From an uncultured Eubacteriales bacterium (lineage in GTDB: Bacteria > Bacillota > Clostridia > RUG12999): a stretch of DNA of 64,000 bases. Shown piece by piece: positions 1 through 9,277 of this stretch. Within the stretch, counting starts at the first letter, position 1. Every line of letters begins with the position of its first letter. The position numbers were made by a program, and so were the translations under genes. The notes under the pieces are model-generated. The model had not been told where the DNA came from and ran no database searches. It saw only the letters and a list, made by a program, of their open reading frames with translations. Where the stretch lies: positions 148-64,147 of the forward strand of contig CAZQDP010000005.1 in the NCBI GenBank assembly GCA_964592375.1. Direction: 5' to 3'.

Positions 1-232
1 CAACGAACACGCCAGCACCAACTAATACGCCGGCACCAACGTCAGCACCAACGAACACACCTGTGCCAACGAACACACCGGTGCCGACGAACACACCGGT
101 ACCAACGAATACGCCGTCACCAACATCGCAACCAACAAATTCGCCGCAACCAACGAGTTCGCCGCAACCGACCGCCGTGCCAACAGTTTCGCCTGTGCCA
201 ACGGCAGCACCGGCGCCCACACCAAAAGGCAT
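1..232. repeat. Imperfect tandem DNA repeats encoding a Pro/Thr-rich linker (ccaacgaacacaccggtgccgacgaa...)
   Basis: Direct reading of the sequence: repeated CCAACGAAYACRCCG units. The translation is TNTPVPTNTP.... Confidence 0.7.
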
Positions 233-1490
233 ATTCTTTAATGACAATTTTGAAAGGTATACCTTAGGCAATGTACAGGCGCCATGGTCAAATGGTTCTT
301 CGACGCTTAGCATTGGTGATATTGCCATTATAGATGATCCGTCAAGTAGCGGAAGAGCGAAGGTTTTAAAAGTAGAACACAAAGGTTCGCCGGCTGCTGC
401 GCAAGCAGTTGCAGCACTTGCGGCAGGTTCTTTCCCGGAGCAGAAAGCTAGATACACATTGCGTTATGATGTCTATCTGCCAACAGCTGCAACCACAGCT
501 GCAAATGTAATGAATTTCAGTAAAGAAGTAGGCTTCCCATATGGTGTTGGCATAGGAACATCTACAGGTGCAACCACTGCCATTGTAGCAAACGGCGGAA
601 CAGATTTAACAAAGCCGGGCTCCAAGGGTGCATGGATCACTGTTGAGTGCCAAGTGGATGTACCAAATCAGCTGTATAGATATAAGGTAGACAACTCAAC
701 CTTCTCAGGCTGGACTGGATTTAGACCAGGTTCAACACCGCATGTAACGATGAAAAGTCTAACCATCGGTTCAAGCAATGCAGTGACTGCCGGTTTATTC
801 TATGTTGATAACATCATGATGTTTAATACGGATGTAAATAATCCATCTGTTAAGACCGTAAAATTCTTTAATAAAGCCGGTTCTGAATTGACTGATCTCA
901 CTGCAATGGATACGGAAATTGGCAAAATAGAAGTTCAATTCGATGGTGTGCTTCCAATTAATAGTGCCACATTAACGGATACATCGGTTGTTCTGAAAAA
1001 CACGAAATCCAATACCAATGTTCCAACATCACGCCAGTTTGACAGTGCAAGCAATTTGCTTACAATTACGCCTACCGCAGCCTTGGATTATGATGCAAGC
1101 CATACACTTACATTGCTTGGTGCAAGCGTAGCGGATACGAACGGGACGATCATTGGTCAGGATTACGTGAAGAGTTTCAAAACGTTTGCAAGAAAGGTTA
1201 CAGCAATTGCTTCCATAACCGGCGAATTGAAAGACGGAGCCACCATTACGCCATTTGTAACGGTTAGAGAAGCTGTACCTAATGCTTCTATTCTTGTAGC
1301 ATTATACGATACCGATAATCGACTATTAGCAATTAGAATTATCAAAGATGTGAACCTAAGTGTAGGAACAACGCAGCTTAGTGCAATCCTAATGCCAGCA
1401 TCTGGCACGGCGGTTCGTGCCGTGGTACTTGTAACAGACAGTGAGCTGGTACCTGTAGCAGAGCCGACAGTACCTGCGCCTGCGGTTTAA
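1..1490 (+). CDS. Secreted/cell-surface protein, 5'-truncated by window edge. It has a Pro-Thr linker (TNTPxP repeats), a ~190-aa beta-rich module starting FNDNFE (possible concanavalin/LamG-like fold), an Ig-like domain and a C-terminal domain.
   Basis: The reading frame is open from position 3. The PT-rich linker continues upstream of the first ATG at 63. The module resembles the repeated domain in the 13681 and 15967 genes (DNFE start, ...YVDN end). No SLH motif is present in the visible part. Confidence 0.5.
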   Translation, partial: TNTPAPTNTPAPTSAPTNTPVPTNTPVPTNTPVPTNTPSPTSQPTNSPQPTSSPQPTAVPTVSPVPTAAPAPTPKGIFFNDNFERYTLGNVQAPWSNGSSTLSIGDIAIIDDPSSSGRAKVLKVEHKGSPAAAQAVAALAAGSFPEQKARYTLRYDVYLPTAATTAANVMNFSKEVGFPYGVGIGTSTGATTAIVANGGTDLTKPGSKGAWITVECQVDVPNQLYRYKVDNSTFSGWTGFRPGSTPHVTMKSLTIGSSNAVTAGLFYVDNIMMFNTDVNNPSVKTVKFFNKAGSELTDLTAMDTEIGKIEVQFDGVLPINSATLTDTSVVLKNTKSNTNVPTSRQFDSASNLLTITPTAALDYDASHTLTLLGASVADTNGTIIGQDYVKSFKTFARKVTAIASITGELKDGATITPFVTVREAVPNASILVALYDTDNRLLAIRIIKDVNLSVGTTQLSAILMPASGTAVRAVVLVTDSELVPVAEPTVPAPAV

Positions 1491-1600
1491 GCTGAAAATG
1501 ACCTATGGGGGCAGAGCATCTGCCCCCCGGCATGGTCAAAGCAATAGAATAAAACCATACAAAAAAATAGAAAAGGTAGTGATATGGAGTGAGGATAACA

Positions 1601-4525
1601 ATGAAAATGAAACTTGTTTGCCTTATAACCGCATTTATTCTTCTCTTTTCAGTGGTACCGGCAAGTGCTGCGCGCTTATTCTACGATGTACCTGAAGGAG
1701 ATTCGTTATACTATGCGGTCAATGAGCTAAGTGCTCTTGGCATCATCTCAGGAGATGCTCAGTCTGAGCTTAAACCAAACGAACCCATTACCAAGGGACA
1801 AATTGCACAGCTTTTGGAAAGCTATTTGGGCCTTGCGCAAAGTGAATCACTGGTCACCGGCTTTGAGGATGTACCATCCTCCCATGCGGCATATCATGCA
1901 ATTGGTGCGCTTGCGGGAGCGGGCTTTATCTCAGCTGATAAAGACGGAAAAATGAATCCAGACAGTAACCTAACCCTTGAACAGACCTTGGAAATATTCC
2001 TTGGCGTGATGGGTTACCTTCCAATCGCGCAGCAGAAGAAGAGCAACGTGGTTGTGGCTTCTGATATTGGGCTGATGAAAAATGTAAAAATGGCTTCTGG
2101 TATGGTTCTCAAAAGAGATGTACTGGCAATGCTGTATAACTCGCTGGACATCAATGTACTGGTTCAAAGCAGTATATCTAGCACTGGTCAGTTTACCTTA
2201 AAGGAAGATAAACCGATTCTTGAAAAATATAGAGACATTTATTCGGAAACTGGGATTGTTGAAGCGAACAGCGTAACAAATCTATACACCGCCATAGGCT
2301 GTGCCGATGGATATGTTGAAATTGGTAGCGTGCTATACAATGTAGCGGAAAGTAAAGCGGATCGCTTCATCGGTCAAAAGGTAAAGCTCTATTATAAAGA
2401 GAGCATCAAAGATAATGAAAAAGTTGCCGTGGCAGCCGTTGTAAGAGAAGATAAGAACAAAACCTTAAGAATAGAACAAGACGATATAGCAGATATCAAC
2501 TTTACAACCAATAAGGCAGAATATAACGATTATAATGCAAAAGCGCAGACGGTATCTATTTCACAGTCCAAATATATTCTATACAATGGTGTAGCGTATC
2601 AAGACTGGACCTTTGATGCGGATACCTTTAAAGGATATGTCGAGTTCATTGATAACAATCGGGATGATGTATATGATATTATCTCTGTTTGGGAATACTT
2701 CAATGTAAAAGTTGCATCTATGGACTTAGAGGATAAGAGCATATACGGTAGATATTATAAGAATAATAATGGGGTTTATGTTTATACCTCCGATAAATTT
2801 ACGCTTGAAGCCGGCATTGGAAGCAAACAAACCATTATGAATAACGGTACCCAGGTAGATTTTTCTGCCATCAAGCCGGGCATGATGGTAAGCATTTTTG
2901 CAAGCCGAGAAGCTGTGCAGGGTGAGGGCAGTAAAAATAGTGTTATTTATCTCTCAACCACCGTGGTAAAGGGTGAAATTGAGGAACATGGCGATGAAGA
3001 GATTGTTGTAGAAGGCGAAACCCTTCAATTAGACGATGCCTTTGTTGCGCAGGGCACAAATTTTAACACCTTAACCCTTGGCTCCATTCGCACCTTATAT
3101 TTGGATGCATTTGGGTATGTCACCGATGTGGAGCTGGAAAACACGACTTCTCCAACAGGGATAAACTATGGGCTGATTACAGATTATGGAATCGGCACAG
3201 GCATGGATGCCAAGCTGGCGCTGAAAATTTTTGGCCAAGACGGCAAAATGCTGATCGCAGACGTGGCGGATAAGGTAGAACTCAACGGCGAGATGACGAA
3301 ATTGGAAACACCCACATCAAAAATGGATGCAAGTAATCCAATTATAAGCATCATCATTGCTGCTGGCAACAATCAGCTAGTGGTTCGCTATCGTGTTAAT
3401 GCAGATGGGGAAATTAACTTTATCGATACACCATCATCTGCTACATTAGCTCTCGATGAGAAAGATCCGGATGCTCTTGTAGAAAATGCAGCATGGAGGG
3501 GAAATGCTTATGTAAGAAATGGTATGCTTGTAATAGGAAATGCTATTGCAGGAACATTGTTTATTGACGATAAGCAATCAGTGGTATTTATGAAGGCCGG
3601 GTTTACAGATCTTGAAGATTACGACTATGCAGTTGTAAAATCAAGTAAGTTTATTCAGTATTCCACTTATAATGTCACTGCATATAATATGAATGAATTT
3701 GGAGTTCCAAAGGTTGTTTTTGCAACCGATTCACAAATGAATCAAATTAGTACAACCACGTTTGGCAGCTTTAGCTATAACACTGCACAAGGAGGGTATA
3801 CGGGTTTCCGTTTAGAATCTGTTTTAACAGGCCAAATTACAGCAAAAAGCCAAGGCATAAATAATGAAGGCGATGCTGTTATAAAGCTGACCATTGGTGG
3901 AAAAGCGTATTCTTGCACAACGACCCTACAATATCAACTGCAAAGAGACACCATAGTGCAGGCTACAACACCAGCTACTCCTCTACCGGCAGCGGCAGAT
4001 ACTCTTTCGGTAGGTGACCATGTTCGCTTTAAGCTCAATAATCGAGGTGAAATCTATGCGCTGTATCCGGACGTTAAAATGATAACGAGTAACAGCGGAA
4101 TAGAAAACGCAATTTTAACTTCTGTTAATGCAACTACGAATACTTATTATATGTACAATAACTTAGGAGATACCAATTGGTATTCCGGCAACTATGCAGA
4201 TTTCTGCTATGGCTTTGTATATTCTAAGGATCCGGTGAGCAATAGAATTTCAGTTGCTTCATCGACCAGTGCAACCGATGTTGTGGCATTTAACAATCCG
4301 AATGACTGTATGAGCTTTGGCAATCTGGAGGCGGCACCCAAGCGTGCACTCAACACCTCAGCGGCAACCAAGGTGAGCATTTACGACGGAGTTTCAAAAA
4401 AGGTGAAAAAAGGCACAATGGCAGACCTGAAGGATTATAAAAACTGCGGGGAAGCATCCTTGATATTTGTTAAGTTTAAAGATACTGTGGTACAAGAAAT
4501 ATTTGTATATCAGCTTGACAGGTAA
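1601..4525 (+). CDS. Large S-layer-homology (SLH) domain cell-surface protein with signal peptide, N-terminal SLH repeats and a long beta-rich body
   Basis: The N-terminus MKMKLVCLITAFILLFSVVPASA is a signal peptide. Two SLH-like motifs follow (FYDVPEGDSLYYAVNELSALGIISGD; FEDVPSSHAAYHAIGALAGAGFISADKDG). The ORF track starts at GTG 1589. ATG 1601 has the better RBS (GAGGA + 5 nt). Confidence 0.6.
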   Translation: MKMKLVCLITAFILLFSVVPASAARLFYDVPEGDSLYYAVNELSALGIISGDAQSELKPNEPITKGQIAQLLESYLGLAQSESLVTGFEDVPSSHAAYHAIGALAGAGFISADKDGKMNPDSNLTLEQTLEIFLGVMGYLPIAQQKKSNVVVASDIGLMKNVKMASGMVLKRDVLAMLYNSLDINVLVQSSISSTGQFTLKEDKPILEKYRDIYSETGIVEANSVTNLYTAIGCADGYVEIGSVLYNVAESKADRFIGQKVKLYYKESIKDNEKVAVAAVVREDKNKTLRIEQDDIADINFTTNKAEYNDYNAKAQTVSISQSKYILYNGVAYQDWTFDADTFKGYVEFIDNNRDDVYDIISVWEYFNVKVASMDLEDKSIYGRYYKNNNGVYVYTSDKFTLEAGIGSKQTIMNNGTQVDFSAIKPGMMVSIFASREAVQGEGSKNSVIYLSTTVVKGEIEEHGDEEIVVEGETLQLDDAFVAQGTNFNTLTLGSIRTLYLDAFGYVTDVELENTTSPTGINYGLITDYGIGTGMDAKLALKIFGQDGKMLIADVADKVELNGEMTKLETPTSKMDASNPIISIIIAAGNNQLVVRYRVNADGEINFIDTPSSATLALDEKDPDALVENAAWRGNAYVRNGMLVIGNAIAGTLFIDDKQSVVFMKAGFTDLEDYDYAVVKSSKFIQYSTYNVTAYNMNEFGVPKVVFATDSQMNQISTTTFGSFSYNTAQGGYTGFRLESVLTGQITAKSQGINNEGDAVIKLTIGGKAYSCTTTLQYQLQRDTIVQATTPATPLPAAADTLSVGDHVRFKLNNRGEIYALYPDVKMITSNSGIENAILTSVNATTNTYYMYNNLGDTNWYSGNYADFCYGFVYSKDPVSNRISVASSTSATDVVAFNNPNDCMSFGNLEAAPKRALNTSAATKVSIYDGVSKKVKKGTMADLKDYKNCGEASLIFVKFKDTVVQEIFVYQLDR

Positions 4526-4577
4526 GTGCGGATAACGAAATAAGAATAAGTGGCGGCTGCCATGCGGCCGCCTGCAG

Positions 4578-6287
4578 ATGGAGGTAATAGATTTGAAAAA
4601 GTTTAATCGTGCAATTCAAATGCTCGCCCTTTGCCTGAGTATAGCCGTTCTGGTTTCCTGCTTAAGCGTTGTAGCCTTTGCAACAGCAGGAATTTCAGCG
4701 GAGGTTGTATACTTGGAGGGTGAGGGCAACGAATATTTCACCATATCAGGCTCGGCACCTGTCAATTCTCAAGCAGTTGTTACCGTGTATGGCGTGCCAA
4801 GCACAGTCACAACACCTGCCGGCATTACGGAGAGCAACATTATGTTATTTGCCACAGGGCTGACAAGTACCACCGGTACATTTTCCATTAATGCATATCA
4901 GATGGGCGGCATAGCTAGCGGGAACTATAACATTTTTGTTATGGTTGAGGGAGTCGGAAATACAATGGTTCCTTTTGCGTACTTTTCTGTAGATGGACGT
5001 GACGCGGTGAAAGAGGATTTCAACGATAACGCGAATATAGAAACCGCGATTGTAGCATGGATTGACAAGCTGGGCGTGCCATTACTCGGGTATGATAGTT
5101 CAAATTCCGACTTTGTGGCCGATGTATTTGCTTCTTTGATCCCGAAGAACGCGCAAGACCAGCCAGTACAATTTACAGATGTTCAGGCAATCAAGGACAT
5201 TGCACAAAAAGCATTAATCCTCAATGCAATAAAAAATGCACTTACAGATCAAGCAGCGCTTGATTTAATTCAGGAGCATGCAACAACACTGGGTATGAAT
5301 GTGAGCAAGCTGGGTAGCAACAATCTATACAATTTAATTTCAGCACAAGCGTTTAAAATCGCTGACTTTACAGATTTAGAAGCGAACTCAATATATCTTG
5401 CGGCATGGGATACAGCATTAATCCTTGCAGAAGTCAATCTACTGACCGACGCTCGAACCATTCAAGAGAGAATGCTTGTAACATATAAGACAACTTTCAT
5501 GCTAAGCACCGCATCAGGATATTCAGATTACGCAGAAATGACAGAATTAAAGCGGGCTTTGGTATTTGGGGATATCAAAGATGATTTTGTGAGTGGAAAA
5601 TATTATTATACTGTTCAGCAAGCAAGAAATGCATTTACAAAGTATGTCGGTGAAGTAAAAAGCACTATACCTCCTAAGCGCACCGGTGGTGGTGACGGTG
5701 GTACAGTTGCAACCATTGGCATAGCACCTATGCCAACCGCTGCACCAATTGCCTTTACTGATCTTGCAAGCGTTCAGTGGGCTACCGCTTCCGTCAATAC
5801 ACTTGTAGGCGCTGGAGTTGTCAAAGGTTATGAGGATAACACATTCCGTCCTCAAAATGCCGTAACAAGAGCAGAATTTTCTAAAATGCTGGTTATGGTA
5901 TTAAAGCTTGATTTGCAGGCAGCCAAAGGCACCTTTGCAGATGCAGGCACTAGCGAATGGTTTACACCTTATGTGGAAGCTCTTGCGGCGGCAGGTGTTG
6001 CAAAGGGATTGGGCGATGGCAACTTTGGCGTAGATATGCCAATAAGCCGTCAGGATGCTGCTACGATGATTAATCGTGCAGTTGAAAAATATGGCATTAA
6101 GCTTACTGCAGGCACACCCAAAACGTTTGCAGATAGTGCAACCATTGCTGATTATGCAAAGGATTCCGTCAATGCGCTGAGCGCAGCCGGTATTATTAAC
6201 GGCACAGACGGTAATTTCCTCCCCACTAACAATATTACAAGAGCAGAATCTGCAAAGATTTTAGCAGACATATACAACGCAAAATAA
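4578..6287 (+). CDS. Cell-surface protein with signal peptide and three C-terminal SLH domains
   Basis: Three C-terminal SLH repeats are present (FTDLASVQWATASVNTLVGAGVVKGYEDNTFRPQNAVTRAEF; FADAGTSEWFTPYVEALAAAGVAKGLGDGNFG; FADSATIADYAKDSVNALSAAGIINGTDGNF). An alternative TTG start at 4594 lies 8 nt after GGAGG. Confidence 0.6.
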   Translation: MEVIDLKKFNRAIQMLALCLSIAVLVSCLSVVAFATAGISAEVVYLEGEGNEYFTISGSAPVNSQAVVTVYGVPSTVTTPAGITESNIMLFATGLTSTTGTFSINAYQMGGIASGNYNIFVMVEGVGNTMVPFAYFSVDGRDAVKEDFNDNANIETAIVAWIDKLGVPLLGYDSSNSDFVADVFASLIPKNAQDQPVQFTDVQAIKDIAQKALILNAIKNALTDQAALDLIQEHATTLGMNVSKLGSNNLYNLISAQAFKIADFTDLEANSIYLAAWDTALILAEVNLLTDARTIQERMLVTYKTTFMLSTASGYSDYAEMTELKRALVFGDIKDDFVSGKYYYTVQQARNAFTKYVGEVKSTIPPKRTGGGDGGTVATIGIAPMPTAAPIAFTDLASVQWATASVNTLVGAGVVKGYEDNTFRPQNAVTRAEFSKMLVMVLKLDLQAAKGTFADAGTSEWFTPYVEALAAAGVAKGLGDGNFGVDMPISRQDAATMINRAVEKYGIKLTAGTPKTFADSATIADYAKDSVNALSAAGIINGTDGNFLPTNNITRAESAKILADIYNAK

Positions 6288-6311
6288 GAAATAAAAAGCA
6301 AACATGCAAAA

Positions 6312-6337
6312 AGGCGGCTGGAAACAGCCGTCTTTTT
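6312..6337 (+). terminator. Rho-independent terminator after the SLH protein gene
   Basis: ggcggctg-gaaa-cagccgtc hairpin (8 bp, one G-U pair) followed by TTTTT. Confidence 0.5.
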
Positions 6338-6949
6338 GAGATTTTAGATATTAGATGTAAAATGTTAGAGTAGAGAGTGGAGAAGACGGATAGGTGAAAT
6401 AAAACGCAAAGTCGTAATATTTGGTAGCCAGCTCAGCCTTATCCCCTTGCTAAATGGAGTTATCACCGCAGTAACAGAAGGATATTGACTGATTTATTAT
6501 GTAGAATATGCGACACAAGCGTTAATTCACCGATTATTAATATCACGTTTGCGATATGGGTATCATCCATTGAAACATTGCTATTGCTTATGTGGCAAAG
6601 AAATATGCTGAAAGATGGAGCTATTGTAAAATAGTTGGTTATCCATCACATAGATTGCTACATAGGGGGTTTAAGAGATATTTCGCGCATATTGCTTGCT
6701 ACAAAAGATGAACAAGGAATAATTCAGCATATCAAAGTTTTCTCCTCAGGGAAGAGGAGATACAAGTTTATTTAAGATCAGTATAATTTCAATTATTTAT
6801 AACTCAATCTTATGCATTCTGCCTGCTTTTTGGCTTCGGCAAATTGATGCTCTGCACGAACACTTGAGGCAGTGCAGCTGTAACTTCAACAGTTCAAATA
6901 GCTTTATGGTCATGGTATTTTAGAACCACGATTGTGAGGCACTTTGGTT

Positions 6950-7798
6950 TCATCTTCTTGATTTTCGAAAAATTCTATTGCGTACAGGGCGACGCGAAGG
7001 TAGTTGCCTTTTCATCAATTTTCTTTTTGCGAGAGATTTATTTGGTACAAGTACTTCTGATTGAACCTGAGCAGCGCTATTTGGAAGACCAAAGCGACTG
7101 TGCATATCATCATGTTGTGAAGAAGCAACAAAAAGATGCGCACGCACAGCTTGTTCATATGGAATGATAAAAACACTGCCAACACAGGTGATGATGCCAA
7201 GGAGTATCCAGTGTAAAAACGACAGGTCTAGCAGAAATATATCCGCTTTATATCCTTTTGTCATTTTACGGCTAAGACATAGCACTTCCTTATATCCCAA
7301 GTGAGGATTTTGGGCAAGGATATATGGTACGAACCGATATGAATATGCCTTGACAATACCAGGAACGATAAACAGTAAGGACCACAGCCATATAAAGAGT
7401 CCACGCAGGAACATTACTTTTACGATATTTTTATATTGCCCTTCAAAAAAAGCACTGCCAAGCTGTGAGATAGCGCTATCCGACTTTGCAAGACCCAAAA
7501 AGTACCTGGCACTGCCGATTTCGATGGAAAATCCAATAAAAATGCGATAGAAGGCATAAATCAGAATAGCACCAAGAATGAGAAGACCGATAGCAGTGAT
7601 ATATGCTGACGGCTCCCTGAACTGCCCCTGCAAATGTAAAAGCCCTTTATATGGATCCCAATCTACATAAAAATTTGAAAACCCAAACAAGGTAGAGCCA
7701 CCGGCGAATAAAAGCAAAAGACCGACAACCATGCTTTTTAAATAATTGCCCCTTAGCGATACTTGTGCAGCCTTTTTTAGTTTTTGTCGTGTCCACAT
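6950..7798 (-). CDS. Polytopic membrane protein, DUF975-like
   Basis: The N-terminus MWTRQKLKKAAQVSLRGNYLKSMVVGLLLL matches the typical DUF975 opening (MWTR.ELK..A...L.GNYWK). Multiple TM segments and a basic C-tail are present. Confidence 0.45.
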   Translation of the reverse strand: MWTRQKLKKAAQVSLRGNYLKSMVVGLLLLFAGGSTLFGFSNFYVDWDPYKGLLHLQGQFREPSAYITAIGLLILGAILIYAFYRIFIGFSIEIGSARYFLGLAKSDSAISQLGSAFFEGQYKNIVKVMFLRGLFIWLWSLLFIVPGIVKAYSYRFVPYILAQNPHLGYKEVLCLSRKMTKGYKADIFLLDLSFLHWILLGIITCVGSVFIIPYEQAVRAHLFVASSQHDDMHSRFGLPNSAAQVQSEVLVPNKSLAKRKLMKRQLPSRRPVRNRIFRKSRR

Positions 7799-7923
7799 GA
7801 GCGACCATTCCTCTCTTTATAAGTGCATAGGTATATTCTACACAATTTAGCAAACAAAATCAATCATTTTTATGGCAAAGATACAAAGTTTTCTGAATAG
7901 CATACTTTGTAGCATGCGTCACA

Positions 7924-7952
7924 TTGACGAGAGCTTAAAAATATGGTACAAT
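7924..7952 (+). promoter_or_regulatory. Sigma-A-like promoter upstream of the phosphofructokinase gene
   Basis: TTGACG - 17 bp - TACAAT, with a TG two nt upstream of the -10 box (atatGGTACAAT). Confidence 0.35.
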
Positions 7953-8050
7953 ACAACATATACAAAATGTTTACTAAAACAACATGATATTTTGAGAAAA
8001 TGTCATAAAATACGTGATAATTTCACACATAATCGGAAGGATGAAATGGA

Positions 8051-9277
8051 ATGAAAAATTGTGTAATCGGTCAATCGGGAGGACCGACAGCAGTCATCAA
8101 TGCCAGTTTGTGCGGAGCGGTTTGCGCCGCCATGCAGGCTGAGGATATTGGGCATGTATATGGCATGGTCAACGGTATGCAGGGCTTGATGAGTGAGAAG
8201 TTTGTGAATTTTGATGAGATTATCAAAAATGAGAAGGATGTAAATCTACTTTGCAATACGCCGGCGGCATTTTTAGGTTCCTGTCGATTTAAGTTGCCAG
8301 CGGTAGAGGATAAGCCGGCGTTTTTTCAGGAAGCGTTTGCAATACTAGAAAAGCACAATATCGGATACTTTTTTTATATCGGTGGCAACGATTCCATGGA
8401 TACCATTAAAAAAATGGATCAATATGCCAAGCGTGTCGGTAGCGAAATAAAGTTTATGGGAATACCGAAGACTGTAGATAACGACCTGCCCGTAACCGAC
8501 CACACACCCGGATTTGGCTCTGCGGCGCGTTACATTGCCGCAAGTCTTCGTGAGATTGGGCTTGACAGCGATGTGTATGATGTTCATTCGGTAACCATTG
8601 TGGAGATGATGGGGCGCAATGCTGGTTGGCTTACCGCCGCCGCCGCACTTGCTAGATGTGGCAAGGGAACCGCTCCGCACCTGATTTATCTTCCGGAAGT
8701 GCCTTTTAGCGACGAGCAGTTTATAGAGGATATTCGCAGTTTGCAGGGGATAGGAAACGTGGTAGTAGCTGTTTCTGAGGGAATTCGATATGCAGATGGT
8801 ACATATGTATGCGAAAGTGCATGCAGTGGAATGAAGGATGTATTTGGTCATCAATATTTAAGCGGAACCGCAAAGGTACTTGAAAACAAGGTAAGAACAT
8901 TATTAGGATATAAGGCGCGGGGGATTGAGATCAATGTTACTCAGCGTTGCGCTGCACATTTTGCATCCCAAACGGATATAGATGAAGCCTTTGCTGTGGG
9001 TGCAAAGGCTGTGGAAATCGCCTGCATGGGGATTAGCGGGCATTTTGTATACTTCAAACGAATCAGCAATTCTCCCTACGAGATTGCAATGGAGCATTGC
9101 CCCATTGAGCTCGTTGCCAATGTAGAGAAAAAGGTGCCAAGAGAGTGGATCAATGCAAAAGGCAATGATGTCACCATTGAAATGATAAACTATTTAAAAC
9201 CGCTGATTATGGGTCAACCGAGCCTTACACTTGAGGATGGGCTGCCAGTGTACATGCGGCTGAATAAACATCTGTAA
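8051..9277 (+). CDS. pfp: 6-phosphofructokinase, probably pyrophosphate-dependent (long ~400-aa type)
   Basis: PFK motifs are present: GQSGGPTAVINAS, GGNDSMDT and GIPKTVDNDL. The Lys in PKTxDND is the PPi-PFK signature; ATP-PFKs have Gly-Thr there. The 408-aa length fits the PPi group. Confidence 0.8.
   Translation: MKNCVIGQSGGPTAVINASLCGAVCAAMQAEDIGHVYGMVNGMQGLMSEKFVNFDEIIKNEKDVNLLCNTPAAFLGSCRFKLPAVEDKPAFFQEAFAILEKHNIGYFFYIGGNDSMDTIKKMDQYAKRVGSEIKFMGIPKTVDNDLPVTDHTPGFGSAARYIAASLREIGLDSDVYDVHSVTIVEMMGRNAGWLTAAAALARCGKGTAPHLIYLPEVPFSDEQFIEDIRSLQGIGNVVVAVSEGIRYADGTYVCESACSGMKDVFGHQYLSGTAKVLENKVRTLLGYKARGIEINVTQRCAAHFASQTDIDEAFAVGAKAVEIACMGISGHFVYFKRISNSPYEIAMEHCPIELVANVEKKVPREWINAKGNDVTIEMINYLKPLIMGQPSLTLEDGLPVYMRLNKHL

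Noticed and set aside
1498-1695. A 65-aa ORF spanning the gap between the first two surface-protein genes
   Set aside because: It overlaps the signal-peptide coding start of the 1601 gene in another frame. The region contains a GC hairpin (1507-1525), so it is more plausibly structural RNA or UTR.
7872-8054. A 60-aa ORF immediately upstream of pfp, and small ORFs in the typA upstream region (58848-59308 minus strand)
   Set aside because: They lie in AT-rich promoter regions and lack convincing RBSs. The sequences are Cys-, Phe- and Ile-rich, which is typical of spurious ORFs in AT-rich DNA.
8345-8854. A 169-aa minus-strand ORF inside the pfp gene, plus similar embedded antisense ORFs elsewhere (9842-10283 in larC, 12788-13247 in asnS, 27322-27858 in recJ, 34147-34758 in DUF1015, 45444-45971 in polC).
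   Set aside because: All are fully contained in confidently identified conserved genes on the opposite strand. They are the kind of ORF expected by chance in ~47% GC DNA.
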